A stretch of 64,000 bases of DNA from the NCBI GenBank assembly GCA_009103225.1, contig RHPI01000277.1, forward strand, positions 456,074-520,073, in the 5' to 3' direction. The position numbers were made by a program, and so were the translations under genes. This stretch comes from Chlorokybus atmophyticus (taxonomy: Eukaryota; Plantae; Mesostigma and Chlorokybus algae). Below, piece by piece: positions 11,660 through 23,177 of this stretch. The notes under the pieces were generated by a model. The model saw only the letters and a program-made list of their open reading frames with translations. It was not told the origin of the DNA and ran no database searches. Position 1 is the stretch's first letter. The number at the start of each line of letters is the position of its first letter.

Positions 11660-13030
11660 TGATGGATCCAATAGCAACCGCACCTTACAAAGGCATAAGA
11701 TGTAATTCATGCCTTGTTTTATTCGTTATGCACGCGCTGCTTCAGATGTGTATAAAGCAGCGAGAGATAATGAGCAACTAAAGGTTGATAGCGTTTAATA
11801 CTGATTGTTAAACGCTATTCAATGTACAATTGGAAGCCATAACATGTTTACATTATCAATCAAGCACCGGAATAACAATTGTATGTCAAAACAGAGATAA
11901 TCTCTGTTGTGTGATATGCTATGCACTATGCAAGGCACACCATGTAAATCATTCCAGCAGTCATGCATGTGCAAGCGACGCATGCACAAAGTACGTTAGG
12001 GTTAGACAAGCAGACATGTGTTGGCTAACATTCACGTTAACAACAACAACAACAACCACCACGCAGGAGATTGGCCCAAACCTCATAGCGCAACCAACCA
12101 ACGACCTTGCATGACACCAGCCTGCATTCAGACTCACCTGCAGCGACGCAGTCAGTCAATGTCCCACAGTGGTTATATATTCAAAAAGCTCGTTAAATTA
12201 TAGTCAGTTCATTTTTTATTGTTGACATTATGATACAGAAAGACATTATCATGTTTTATTTAAACTCAATTTTAATGCCTTCTTCAGGTAAGTCTCCACC
12301 AATGAAAGCCTTAGGTTTAAACTCGTGTCTTATCCAATTCCGTTGAATTGAGAAGTGGGGACGCAGATGGAATTTACGGCACTTATTCCATGTAATTCAG
12401 ACAGTATAAAAGATAAATAGTATTTGCTTATCTATTACATTACGCAGGACTTCAATCTTGATACTGGTATCAAAATAATCTTATTACAAAAAGAATCGTG
12501 TTCAGATAATCGTCACCGATGTGCTTCAAAGGAACACCTCTGTATTACGTGTACCTGCTTATCATTAAGTGATTTGATGCCCATACTCTTGTGTGTCATT
12601 GATGCATAAATTATGCGTTAATCGCGGTAGATTATGAGTGATTCTTAAATATATTACATTTAAAGCGTAGGTTGATTATGTTGTACTTCAACCCTTAGTT
12701 ATGGTTAAAGCCAGGGTTTTGGTTACTCATAAAGAGCGTTATCCATGCACACTGTAAATTATGCACCTGAAGAGAGTGCATTAATTATGCGCAATGAGTG
12801 TGCGTAAACATGATAAATGACAAACGCCCGTATCCACTTATCATCAAGGTTAATCTTTAGCATTGCTAGTAGCAATTTGCTACTGCAAGCATTCAAGTTG
12901 AGCGCGGCCTGGCTGCAAGTTGCCATCCCGTTAATGCGGCGTCGACGGTAGGCATTCTTAAGATTGAACAGCACACCGTACCAGTACACCGGTGCACAAT
13001 GCATTGTACTATGATATGCTTCACTAATGC
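11660..13030 (-). pseudogene. Possible decayed superfamily-1 (Pif1-like) helicase remnant
   Basis: Fragments MATCSQAALNLNA, GVPLKHIGDD and KQGMN...SYVA resemble motifs Ia, III and V/VI in order; many stops. Confidence 0.25.
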
Positions 13031-13037
13031 TGTGAAC

Positions 13038-13072
13038 CAATGCCGCCGTTAGGAGTCTTAACGGCGGCATTG
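13038..13072. repeat. Hairpin, 14-bp stem and 7-nt loop
   Basis: CAATGCCGCCGTTA-ggagtct-TAACGGCGGCATTG. Confidence 0.9.
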
Positions 13073-13803
13073 CCAGAACGGGCCGTCCGGAACGGCGCTT
13101 TGTCCAGTCAGAAGTCTGCAGTAGCCTACAAACTTTACCAAAGGTAGATTACCTTTACGAGTTGTGAACTTCAAAAAAGCAAAGACGATGACACCCAGCC
13201 GCGGACGGCCAGGCTGGCTGCCGTCGAGGATGACTATGTATCGTAGCCATGAGATGGGCGCCAGCACTACCTCATCGTACGGTCATCATACCAACCGTGC
13301 TCATGAGCAAACGCAATGACCGTGAGGCCGCGCCGCACCACGCCTTTTGAAGTCATCGAGGGGTCATAAATCATGACCACTTCAAACCCCTTTAGTGAGC
13401 CTACAGTACGACGCAACGACGCTTGGATAACAAATTGTCTCGGTTCGCCACACTATTACTATATGCACGCCTGTACATACATCCCTATATCCATGCCTGT
13501 GGCGGCGACAGTGTTGAGCATGTAAAACGTCTGTACTGAGAGCTGGGTAGCGGTGTGGTTGGGCGCTGCCTGGCGGGGAGGTAAGGCTGCGGCGGAGTTT
13601 GTTCACTTGTCGGTGACAGTATATGCGTTGTTTGGCGGGTGAATTGCTGTGAGCTGCGCCGGCGTGGTGGTGCACCCCAGCCATGGCTAGGAGCAGAGGG
13701 AGGTGTTGCTGCAGGGCGTGGAGTTGTTAACAGCCGCCGCCTCCTGGTGCTCCTGGGTGGATTTGGTTTGTACGGAGTTCCGGTAGCGGTTGGAGGCGTA
13801 ACC

Positions 13804-16054
13804 ATGGGTGGGTGTGCGTCCAGGCCCCCGCTGAATGACCCAAACACCACCATCAGGGGCATGCGCAAGGTGAACCAGAAGCCCCCTGTGGTGGTGGACG
13901 GCCCCCCTGAGAGCATACACGGTGGGGGCCTGGCGCTGGTTAAAGCTGAGACGGAGGAGCTGCTCAAGGCGCTCCAGGCGCACCCCGGTAGAGTTGTCCC
14001 CACCCACCGAGGCGTGCCCGAGGTCGGCAACCTGTCCAAGCGCTCGGGCAAGTACTGGGCTCATACCGTCGCTGGCAACAAGGGCAGAAACCAGGTAGGA
14101 CCATGTCGAACCTTCTACCTGAGAGTGTGATTGAGCTGATGCACGGTGTGTTACGTGCGCGCTGTTTTGTGCTGTAGTGGTGCTAGCTTGTCAAGAAAAA
14201 ACAGCATGTTTTGATTGTGGACTATGCAGTGTCAGGCTTAAGCGTCCAACTTCGCTTGAAGTGAAACCTGCTGACTGTTCTACCCGAAGTGTTATGATGT
14301 TGTTCTTTTCTGTACAGGACACGTACACGGTTGTTGATGGGCTTGCCGGCACTTCGGCTGTGTTTATGGGCGTTTGGGACGGTCACGGCACCGACGGGCA
14401 TCTTGTGAGTGAGCTGTCCCGCGACGCGCTGCCTTGCCACCTTGAGAGATGTTTGATCAACAACGCCAGCGCACACAGCCAAGGTGGATCATCTGTGGCG
14501 AGTCCAGTTCATGACTGCTTGCATGCATGGCAGCATGTGGCATGTTTGACATGGTCACGCCAGTCAGGAGCCAGGATTGTGTGACTGTCTTGTGCTTGCA
14601 TGTCTACCAATCAACATGTTTGATGTACATTACGACCCAAACACCTAGTCACTGTGAGGGTGGCATGTGTTGGATTGAGTGTCGATGGTGTGTAGGGTTT
14701 GTGAAGCCTGCAAACGTGGAGGTGGTAACCAGCGGCATTGTGACAGAGAGCCTTAGTGGGGCGGGTGCGCAGCAGAAACTGTCTTCGGATGCAGACGCTG
14801 ACAACGTACTGGCATCCAGCTGGGGTTCCGATTGGAGGTCCAAAGTGGTTGATGCATGCCTCGTTGTTGATCATGCCCTGAAGACCAATGGAGATTTTGA
14901 CGCTTCATTTAGGTACTGCTGGTTCAGCCAAGCTCAACTGTTGGCTCGGCCGGACGTGCACTGTGTCATTCTGGTGTATGGATTCGGGTTGGCTTCCAAA
15001 CCCATCTGTGCTTACGTGGTGTTTTGTGTGACAGTGGAGCCACGTCTGTGTCGGCCATCATTCAGGATGACACGATTGTGACCATGTCTTTGGGCGACTC
15101 CAGATGCATTGTTATGTCCGAGAACTTAGATGGCACCTACTTTGCCAACCAGGTTTGCAGGGCAACCAATATGTTGACAGCATTATATTGTTGGCTTTTG
15201 TAAGCCACTTGCTTGTGGTTTACCTGCATTGTTGTGCATTGTCTGTGTTGACTCTGCGGATTGCTTAACCTAACCATGTGACTTGGTGCAGTTGTCCATA
15301 GACTATAAACCAGACCATGAGGAGGAAAGAGCGCGTATCAACAAGATGGGCGGGCGTGTGTTTCCTCATCCTGCTGAGCTCCATATTGCTCGCTTTTGGC
15401 TGCCGGAGATAGATGCACCTGGCTTGGCGATGTCTCGCGCCTTCGGGGACACTGTCTTGAAACCGTACGGATTGTCAGCAGAGCCGGGCATGATGACCAG
15501 GAAGCTCACAGCCCAAGACAAGTTGGTCTTGCTGTATTCGGATGGGGTAAGCATATAGCTAATTGTGTGCATTGTAGTTAGTCCTTTTGATTGCGCACTC
15601 AAGCAGGACTTGGTATCAACAACGTGCACTCATGCACCTGCCAGTGCTGATCAGTGTGCCACTCATCATGTCATGCACCTAACTCTCGTCATCTCTGCTG
15701 CAGCCTCACACCTAAGCCTATTGAATAAGTATTCGCCAACAATACTGTCGATTGATGCTGCAGGTCAGCGATGTGATGACAAATCAGGATGTTGTGGACT
15801 TCGTGGGTTCATTGCCACCTAGTGAGAACGTCGCAGCTGCACTGGCAGAGAAGGCCATGCAGCAGTGGGCGATACTCTATCCAAGGGCGAAGCGAGATGA
15901 CATTGCAGTTGTTGCTGTGTCGCTTGAAGACCTTCCGGATTTGCACCGCTCAACGCCTTGCCCCGCATCCCCCGAAGACGCACCGCCACAACGAGGTTTT
16001 GCCAGCAATGGGTTGCGCCCGTCAACGTCTATGGCGGACTTTGAATCTTTGTAG
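13804..16054 (+). CDS. PP2C: PP2C (PPM) protein phosphatase, multi-exon
   Basis: Spliced motifs GRNQ|DTY, GVWDGHG, SGATSV, LGDSR, LSIDYKPD..ERARI, PGLAMSRAFGD, LYSDG|VSD, DDIAVV with GT-AG introns; N-terminus MGGC. Confidence 0.92.
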
Positions 16055-16855
16055 ATACACAATGAGTATTTAGCGTTGGTAGTTATACTGTATACATTCT
16101 ATTTATGCGTTGCATTCTTTTTGTAATAAGAGGTCAGCCTCTTAGCACCTGCTTCATACAATGTAGTTGTCTGCACGCCAGCGCATATTCTTTCTGCCAT
16201 ATTTTACCTGGCAAGTTTCTCAAAGTTACGCTGAAGTTGTTGGCTGCAACAAGGACCAGGGAGCCTTGTGCTGCATCGCTTTGCTGGTTGGTCAAGAACT
16301 TTCAAGATGACCTTGTCTCTTATCAAGGTATATATGATAACAGTTGTTTGTGTCCTAATCACTGTGCACACACAACCTCCTTCTGGTGTAGTGCTTGTAC
16401 GTGCCATCCAGCCTCTTGTGCACAGCACATAGATGCCATCAAGAGTCACCATATCATGTGTTGTGATATTTAAACCCTAATTGCTTACCTACACAATTAT
16501 GACATGTCTAGGTTGAGTGGTGGTACAACTGCCACGAGCGCGTGCTAAGCGTACACTCACACTCACACTGACAGGTGTCGCCGCATTCCCTGCTCACCAA
16601 TAACAGAATGCGAACGCCCTTCTGCAAGGCAAGGCAGCGCTAGGCCTATGTGCTGTAGCGAAGTGCATTGCACAAGACACAACAATCGAGGAGCCGTTAG
16701 CTAGGGTAAGGTAGAGTGCATGCTGCTTGCGTGACGCAAGGGAAGTGCAGTGCTGAGGTGACTGGTATAAGCAGCTACTTTCACCTGTCGTCCAGTCCAA
16801 AAACTTGGGGCTGAAGGTTAGGCAGTGGCAAGAGGAGGGCGGGGAAGGGGGGGGG

Positions 16856-17025
16856 NNNNNNNNNNNNNNNNNNNNNNNNNNNNNNNNNNNNNNNNNNNNN
16901 NNNNNNNNNNNNNNNNNNNNNNNNNNNNNNNNNNNNNNNNNNNNNNNNNNNNNNNNNNNNNNNNNNNNNNNNNNNNNNNNNNNNNNNNNNNNNNNNNNNN
17001 NNNNNNNNNNNNNNNNNNNNNNNNN
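16856..17025. other. Assembly gap (170 N) inside a poly-G tract
   Basis: N run flanked by G homopolymers; minus strand reads poly-Pro then SPPSSCHCLTFSPKF before a GT donor. Confidence 0.9.
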
Positions 17026-17473
17026 GGGGGGGGGGGGGGGGGCGGCGGCTGTGTTGTGCTGCATGATATGTGTATGTACATGCAACCAAGCGTGAACACA
17101 ATGCACGGCACGATATGTGCTTCTCTTGCAGTGAGGTATCATGCCGAGCTTGCCTATAAACAATGTCCGTTATGTACAAGTAGGCAGCAAATCTCGGCGT
17201 CTCATTAGAAGTTATTAAATATGCTGATAGCGAGCAGGCTGTGGAAATCGTCAAATTTGTGCAGCATGTAGCAGAGTTGCTGGTAAGCGGCGGCTTGTGG
17301 CAGATGGTTGTGACATGACAATTGGTACAAGCTTGTAGACAACATCCAGGGTCGTGCGCAATGCAGCAAATGTACACCCTCTCGTGTTGCACTGCAGCAA
17401 GCATTGGCAGCTTGGCCACACCATCACTTGCGTCCCCATCGCGTAACTACATTGTTGGTGCTTACCAGCAACG

Positions 17474-19364
17474 TCAACACGTCCTTGGTTTGGTATCTCC
17501 GACGCCAAGCAAATCCTGGACAACATGACAGTTTGCAGTTGGTGGGCAAAACAACAATTGTTCAAACAGCTAAGACATCTGGATGTCCTTACCCTTGGTC
17601 AAGACGACATTGTGCACACTACATACTGTGCATACAGAAGTAACAGCGGTATTGCATGCTTGACAGGAACCTGACAAGCTCTGCTTTTGGCTCGCGTCTC
17701 TGCCGTAGCCGGGATGTCGTTGCTGGGATTGTTGAACCGTTTCTCTTGCAAGGAACAGCAGGCCTGTGCTTCTGCAAACCTCCCACTTTCCATGGTTGCT
17801 CGCGCAGTGCACTCAGCAAAGAGCACATTCTTGTAGGCATCGCGTTCCACCTGTACAAGTGGAAAAGCTTTTCTAGGGACGGTTGTCAACATCAACATCA
17901 GTGAGAAATGCACGACATAGCTGCAGCAGTTCCATTCCTCATTGTTTTGGTACACTTGGTGCCTGCAAGCTGCAAGCTGACACATTATACACATCAAGCC
18001 AATGAACACAATCTCGCATGGAGGCTGGTCACTGCGCATGTGCAAATGCTTGTGTCATCACCACAGACAGCTGTTACAGTGCTTGTAATGCTGCTGTATC
18101 AAAGCGACACCACATTGTTTATGCCGCAAGTAATGTATTACTTACCACCATTTTCTTGATCTCTAAGGATATGCCAAAGAAGAACGCCAGTTTCCGCCAG
18201 CCGCTCTTCTTGACGAACCGTTTGCTACCAACAGCATGCCAATCCGAAGGATCCAAGATCTGCAGCACCACATGAGACTGACATCATATGCGCCTATGTG
18301 TGCTGATAAGGCAGAAATTGCATGTTTCACAACTGCCTGTGTTGTTGTGCTGTAGCCAATGGATGAAGAGCAGATCATGCATGAACGGAGCTATGACCTG
18401 CAAAGCTTGAGTCTGGTAGTAATTGAAGGTGTCGGCACAGGAGAAGTTTGCTCTGAACAGTGCACCCGCTGACAGTTGGCGTCGGTCGTCCTGTGCCTGC
18501 TGACGTGGGCCCATCACTTGCACTTGTCTCGAGTCCATGTTTTCTTGCCTAGATGACGGCTCTTCTACCCATGGCTGTAATGCCTGCTCCTGCATAGACA
18601 CTGAGTGAATGGGGCAAGTGAATGATAATCCCATAGACGCTGAGTGAATGGGTCAAGTGAATAACAATACCATGCAGCATAGACTTACAGTGGAAAAACT
18701 CCCGTTTGACCTTCTGAGCGCATCGCAATAAAGGCATGCACGACCAACTTGCCTGATGGTGTACTGGCGCACTTCGTTCTTCTTTGATCCGCACTAACCG
18801 CTTTGCAGGGTCGTCACTTCTTTCCTCCGTCACAAAGGACCGCTTCTGCCCGCCACCCGGCCAGCTCTGTTGCTGCTGTTGCACCATTGCGTGGGATTGG
18901 ATGGGTGCCTGCTGGCGAGGACTTGTCGGTCGGTGCTGAGGAGGCGCAGGGAGCAGCAAGGGCTGGTGTTGTGGGGGCGTGTTTGTGCGTTGAGGTCGTG
19001 GAAGCGGAGGAGGTTGCTGCTGTGCTGCTGGCTGAGGTGGTGCGAGAGGTGGCATCGGAGGGGGCGTGACTGTTCTTGGCCTCTGGTGCATTGTGGAGTG
19101 AGGAGGCTGTTGCTGCTTGACTGCAAGCTGTGGCTGCTCCAATTTTACAACTACTGGTTGTGGAGGCTTCGGTGGAGGCTGCTGGTGTATCTTCAGTGAT
19201 GTTGGGGCGGTAGTGGTACGTGTGGGTGAGCTGACGGCGTAAGCAGGGGGTTGAGCAAAGTTGGGCGGGTGCGGAGCCAGCGGAGTTCTACGGACCATGC
19301 ACATGCGCTCCATCTCCTTCCACTCGTCCTCTTCCTCGCGGCTGATCTCCGTAACCTCCATCAC
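17474..19364 (-). CDS. Conserved protein, Pro/Gln-rich N-terminus plus putative Rad52/RecT-like single-strand-annealing domain (5 exons, ~379 aa)
   Basis: Exons 19364-18753, 18589-18398, 18259-18146, 17850-17671 and 17515-17474 all splice in phase 0. Motifs FVKKSGWRKLAFFFGIS, RATMESGRF, EKRFNNPSNDIPATAETRAKSRACQDLLGVG. Confidence 0.8.
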
Positions 19365-20599
19365 GGTAGCTGCGAAGTACTGTGGTCAGAGTTCAATTCA
19401 CTGTCTGGCATAGCACTTGCTAGATCAAGAGTTGACGAAAGCCAGCTGATAAACTGCTCGACATGTACAAAGGCCGAATGGTCTTAGTAATGACTCCTGG
19501 CTAGAATTCACACACCAAACAAGGACAGCTGCTCTTGCTAATCTGCGAGATGCTGAAACTGGCTTGCTGGACACTGGTATGCTAGATTCAACTTGCGGTG
19601 TCAACTTCCAGCTGCCAACTGGCATCGGAACCCAAACTGTCAACGTCCAACGGCCAGACAGACACGCACCAGACTCCAAGCTTCAAGTAGATGTCGCAAA
19701 CCTGAAAAGGCAGGAGACTTAAATGTACCAGCTGTGGGGCACGCGCCGCACGGAGGCGCCTGCTCCTACGCAGCACAGCTGTTTGCGTTTGCCGACAGGT
19801 TCGTCAAGGTGCACGCCTGCAGCTGTGCCATCTGATCATGGGCTTGAACGGCGGTGGCGGTCGCGGCGGCAATCGCCTGTTGAAGTGCTGGTCAGTAGCT
19901 TCAACAGGTTGCCCTGCCGCTCGGCAGCTTTACTCACACACGGCAACCACTTGAAGCGTATAAGGACGTCAGGCGGAAATCTGCAAGGTGCGGTTGCAAG
20001 AAGGCCGTGCAGCTGCGCAGAGCTTCCTTCGCTGACCGCCCCGGCGCTGCTTACCACGCCGCCGTCTGCGGAGATCAGGAGGGATCAGGAGCGTGCTAGG
20101 GTTTGAATTCGAATGGGTGAACGGGAGGCGCGCGCTTCCGCCTGCTTTACACAACATGACTCATGTCACATGATGAGTCCGCTGAATCCTGTCCAAGGCA
20201 CAACAACATAAAAAGGCTCTTCATAGCTTCCAACAACAATCTGTGCACAATAGTCACACTCGTGTGAAGCACGCAAGCTCAACTTGTTTAAATGGTCTAG
20301 CATTTGTACACGTATTGCATAGTGCAATGCGGTCACATATTGAACACAATACAAGAGTCGCATGCGCATATTGCACACGCGACAAGCGTAGCGCTTGCAC
20401 AACGATTCAATGAGATCAAATTTGGTGCGTTGCCAAACTTAGTCTTGCTGATAACAAAGTACACATTTATAGTAGCTTTAATGACAGCGGCAGCGCATAT
20501 TGTGGCGTCTAAGTATGACAAGGTCTGTGAAATGCAGTACCTAATGCAGTATCGATGCAATATCTATTCTGAGGCCAGCATAGTAAGTAATGCTGTTGG

Positions 20600-22974
20600 T
20601 CGGAGCACGTATGGCTCGCGCGGTTGTATGGCAATCCACATGCCGCCAATGGCTTCAATCTCCAGTACACTAGTGACGAGCACAGCTTTGGCCATCCTTC
20701 CACGGTCGATTGGTGGAAGGATGTGGAGGTGGATTTGATAAGAGAGGTGGGGGAAGCGTCCTACTTGGCGCCTGCCATTCTGTACAGTGACAAGACCACG
20801 CTGGACAGCGCGGGCAAGCGCTCTAGCTACCCTCTGATGGCATCGCTTGCTTACTACAGTTGGGACATGTATGCTAGCAACATGGGGGTTGTTATGATAG
20901 CGATTCTGCTGGTGGTTCACGCAGTGGCCGGGCATCCCACCTGGGCGCAGGGCAAGGAATCGTTCTCCATTCGGAAACGTGAGATTTTTCATGACGCTTT
21001 GAATGTAGTGTTAGGGGATGTGAAGCGGGCGAGTTGGGAAGGTCTGCAGCTCATCGACCCGAATGGCATCGAGCGTCGTGTGTTTCCCGCGCTTGCCAAC
21101 ATCAGCGATTTGCAGGTAGTGGGCGTGAATGGTTGTAACCGGATGCAGCCTGCCAGCAAACAGTGCATGGAGGATGTTGTCGGTAGAACATTTGACTTTG
21201 TCGTGTTGTAGGAGACTGCCACACTCGCACGCACTGTGTCCGGCAACCAAACATAACATACTTGCGATGTTTGTCTCGTCATCAAATCATATCTATTGGA
21301 GTTGGATGAGGACCAAGAATTGAAAACCGAGGCTTCCTACACACAAGCAATACCTTAGCTGCGGGTGGACCTGCATTGCATGTTAGGAATGCACGCTACA
21401 CAGCCAAGGCTTTCAGAGAGCAGCACTCCATGCATGTCGAGGAGGTAATGGTTAAATTACCAGCATTCGTGAGGATGAATGGCTTTCAGTGAAACCAGGC
21501 AATGTGGTTTGGCAACAGAATGCACTGTGGGGTTGGCGGCAGTCGCGGGTGCCGGGAGCTGACTGCTACTCTCGTCTTGCCCCTGACGCAATGCATGTGC
21601 TGGGAGGCATCATTGACCACCTGCTTGCTGCTGTGTACGACGCCGCGAAGGAACGAATGCGTCCATCGATGAGACAGATTTTGCAGACCAGGCACGTCTT
21701 TGGTGTTGCTTTTGTGTTGAACACAAAAGCCAACGACACGTGCTCACGAGCAGATGTGCACAGGCTAAATGCATGCAAGGCGACTCTGCGGGTTTCGCAC
21801 TTCAAGGCACCCACAAGCACAGTAGATTTCTTCCTGTCCGACCACTCCTTTCAGGTGGTGGAGAAAGTGGCGGTGCTGCAGCTGCTGCCGGTCCTCGCAG
21901 ACGGTTTGCTGCTCGACAGTGAGGGCAACGATTTCTTCACCATTGCTGCCGCATCGCTTGCCCAGTGGAACAAGAAGTTGCTCAAGGCGCATGAACACAC
22001 AAGAGAGACCCTGACCACAGCCGACAACGAGCTGGCTGCCTTCAAAGCTGCAGTGTTGCATCCGCTACTGTCGTCATATTCTGCACAGAAGTCAGGTTGG
22101 AAGATCGAGAAGATGCATCAGCTCACTCATTTTGGGTCGGCAATTGTCAGCAGTGGACACCCAGATTGGTTCAGCGCCAACCGCATGGAGCAGACGCACG
22201 CCCCAAATATCAAACAGTGGGCGCGTGGTGGCAACAACCGGGACTACCAGGTACGTATCCTAAAGGCATGAAGCTGTGCGGAATATGTGAGAGAGGATGG
22301 CATGGTCGTGGATCCCGAGATGCGCTCGGTCATGGCGCAGGCGCGGCAGCAGTGCTGTAATGTCATGGAGAAGACGGACAAGTTGCTACGGATGGATGTG
22401 CTGACAAGGAGGGAGTCCAGCCCGTATTGGAGCGGATCTGCGTGTAGCCGCCAAGTCGCCTTGAAGACTCCATTTGCAGACAAGCTGCCTGCCACCCTAG
22501 AAAGCTGGTTGAGGAGGGAGCAATTGGAGTTGGCCGACGGGTGGCGTGCTGTTCGCGTGGTGAACGGAGTCGCAGCGGTGTACATGACATCAGGAGTCAG
22601 CATGGCGCGCGCAACTGGGATGTTCCATGGGCGGCCTTGGTTCTCTACACTTGAGTTGGAAGGTGATGAGGACGGTGAACGTGACGTGGTGGGCTCAGGC
22701 ACTCCTTTTTCTGCGCGTGGTGGTGTGGGGTGGTAGCGGCGAGCGCGTGTGGAAGGAGGTCGTGTTTGTCCGCTGGTACACGAAGCTGGATGTGACGAGC
22801 AACATAAAGTGCATTGCTTTGAAATGGGAAAAGCGTCGAGGCGGTCCACATCTCGATGTCGTGACTCTGGAGCAATTAAAAGGCATTGTCCAGCTGCTCC
22901 CCATGTTTGACAAGGACAGCGCCCGTGTACAAGAGGGCAAGTATTGGGTGAACGTTCACTGCACTTCCACGTGA
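20600..22974 (+). pseudogene. Plavaka-family (CACTA-related) transposase, inactivated
   Basis: HPSTVDWW, AILYSDKT..YP, IFHDALNVVL, DPNG..RVFP..ISDLQE, PDAMH, KMHQLTHFGSAIVSSG..E..H, FVRWY. In-frame TAA at 21254-21256 and a frameshift near 22680. Confidence 0.85.
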
Positions 22975-23177
22975 CACATGTACTTGTCTCACTACTTTGA
23001 GTTTGGAGCATATCAGTCAGTTAGGCATTGCTAATCGTATGCTAAGACTTTTGCATGTGAACGTGTACAATACCGGGCAGGTGTCACTGCACAACTGTCA
23101 CCACAATCGAATGTTAAATGCAACATTCAACATTCAGTCCGCCGTGTGGCATTAAGCATCAATACAGTGCAGCACAC

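Noticed and set aside
13270-13330. DGRQHYLIV as a chromodomain remnant
   Set aside because: Too short, flanked by stops, and with no retroelement context.
18398-18470. FRANFSCADTFNYYQTQ as a DEAH helicase (MER3) Q-motif
   Set aside because: The next exons lack a Walker A motif and encode KKSGWRKL instead.
20150-20600. Left terminus of the Plavaka-type element
   Set aside because: No inverted repeat matching 46.3-49 kb was found by eye; the outer boundaries remain unresolved.
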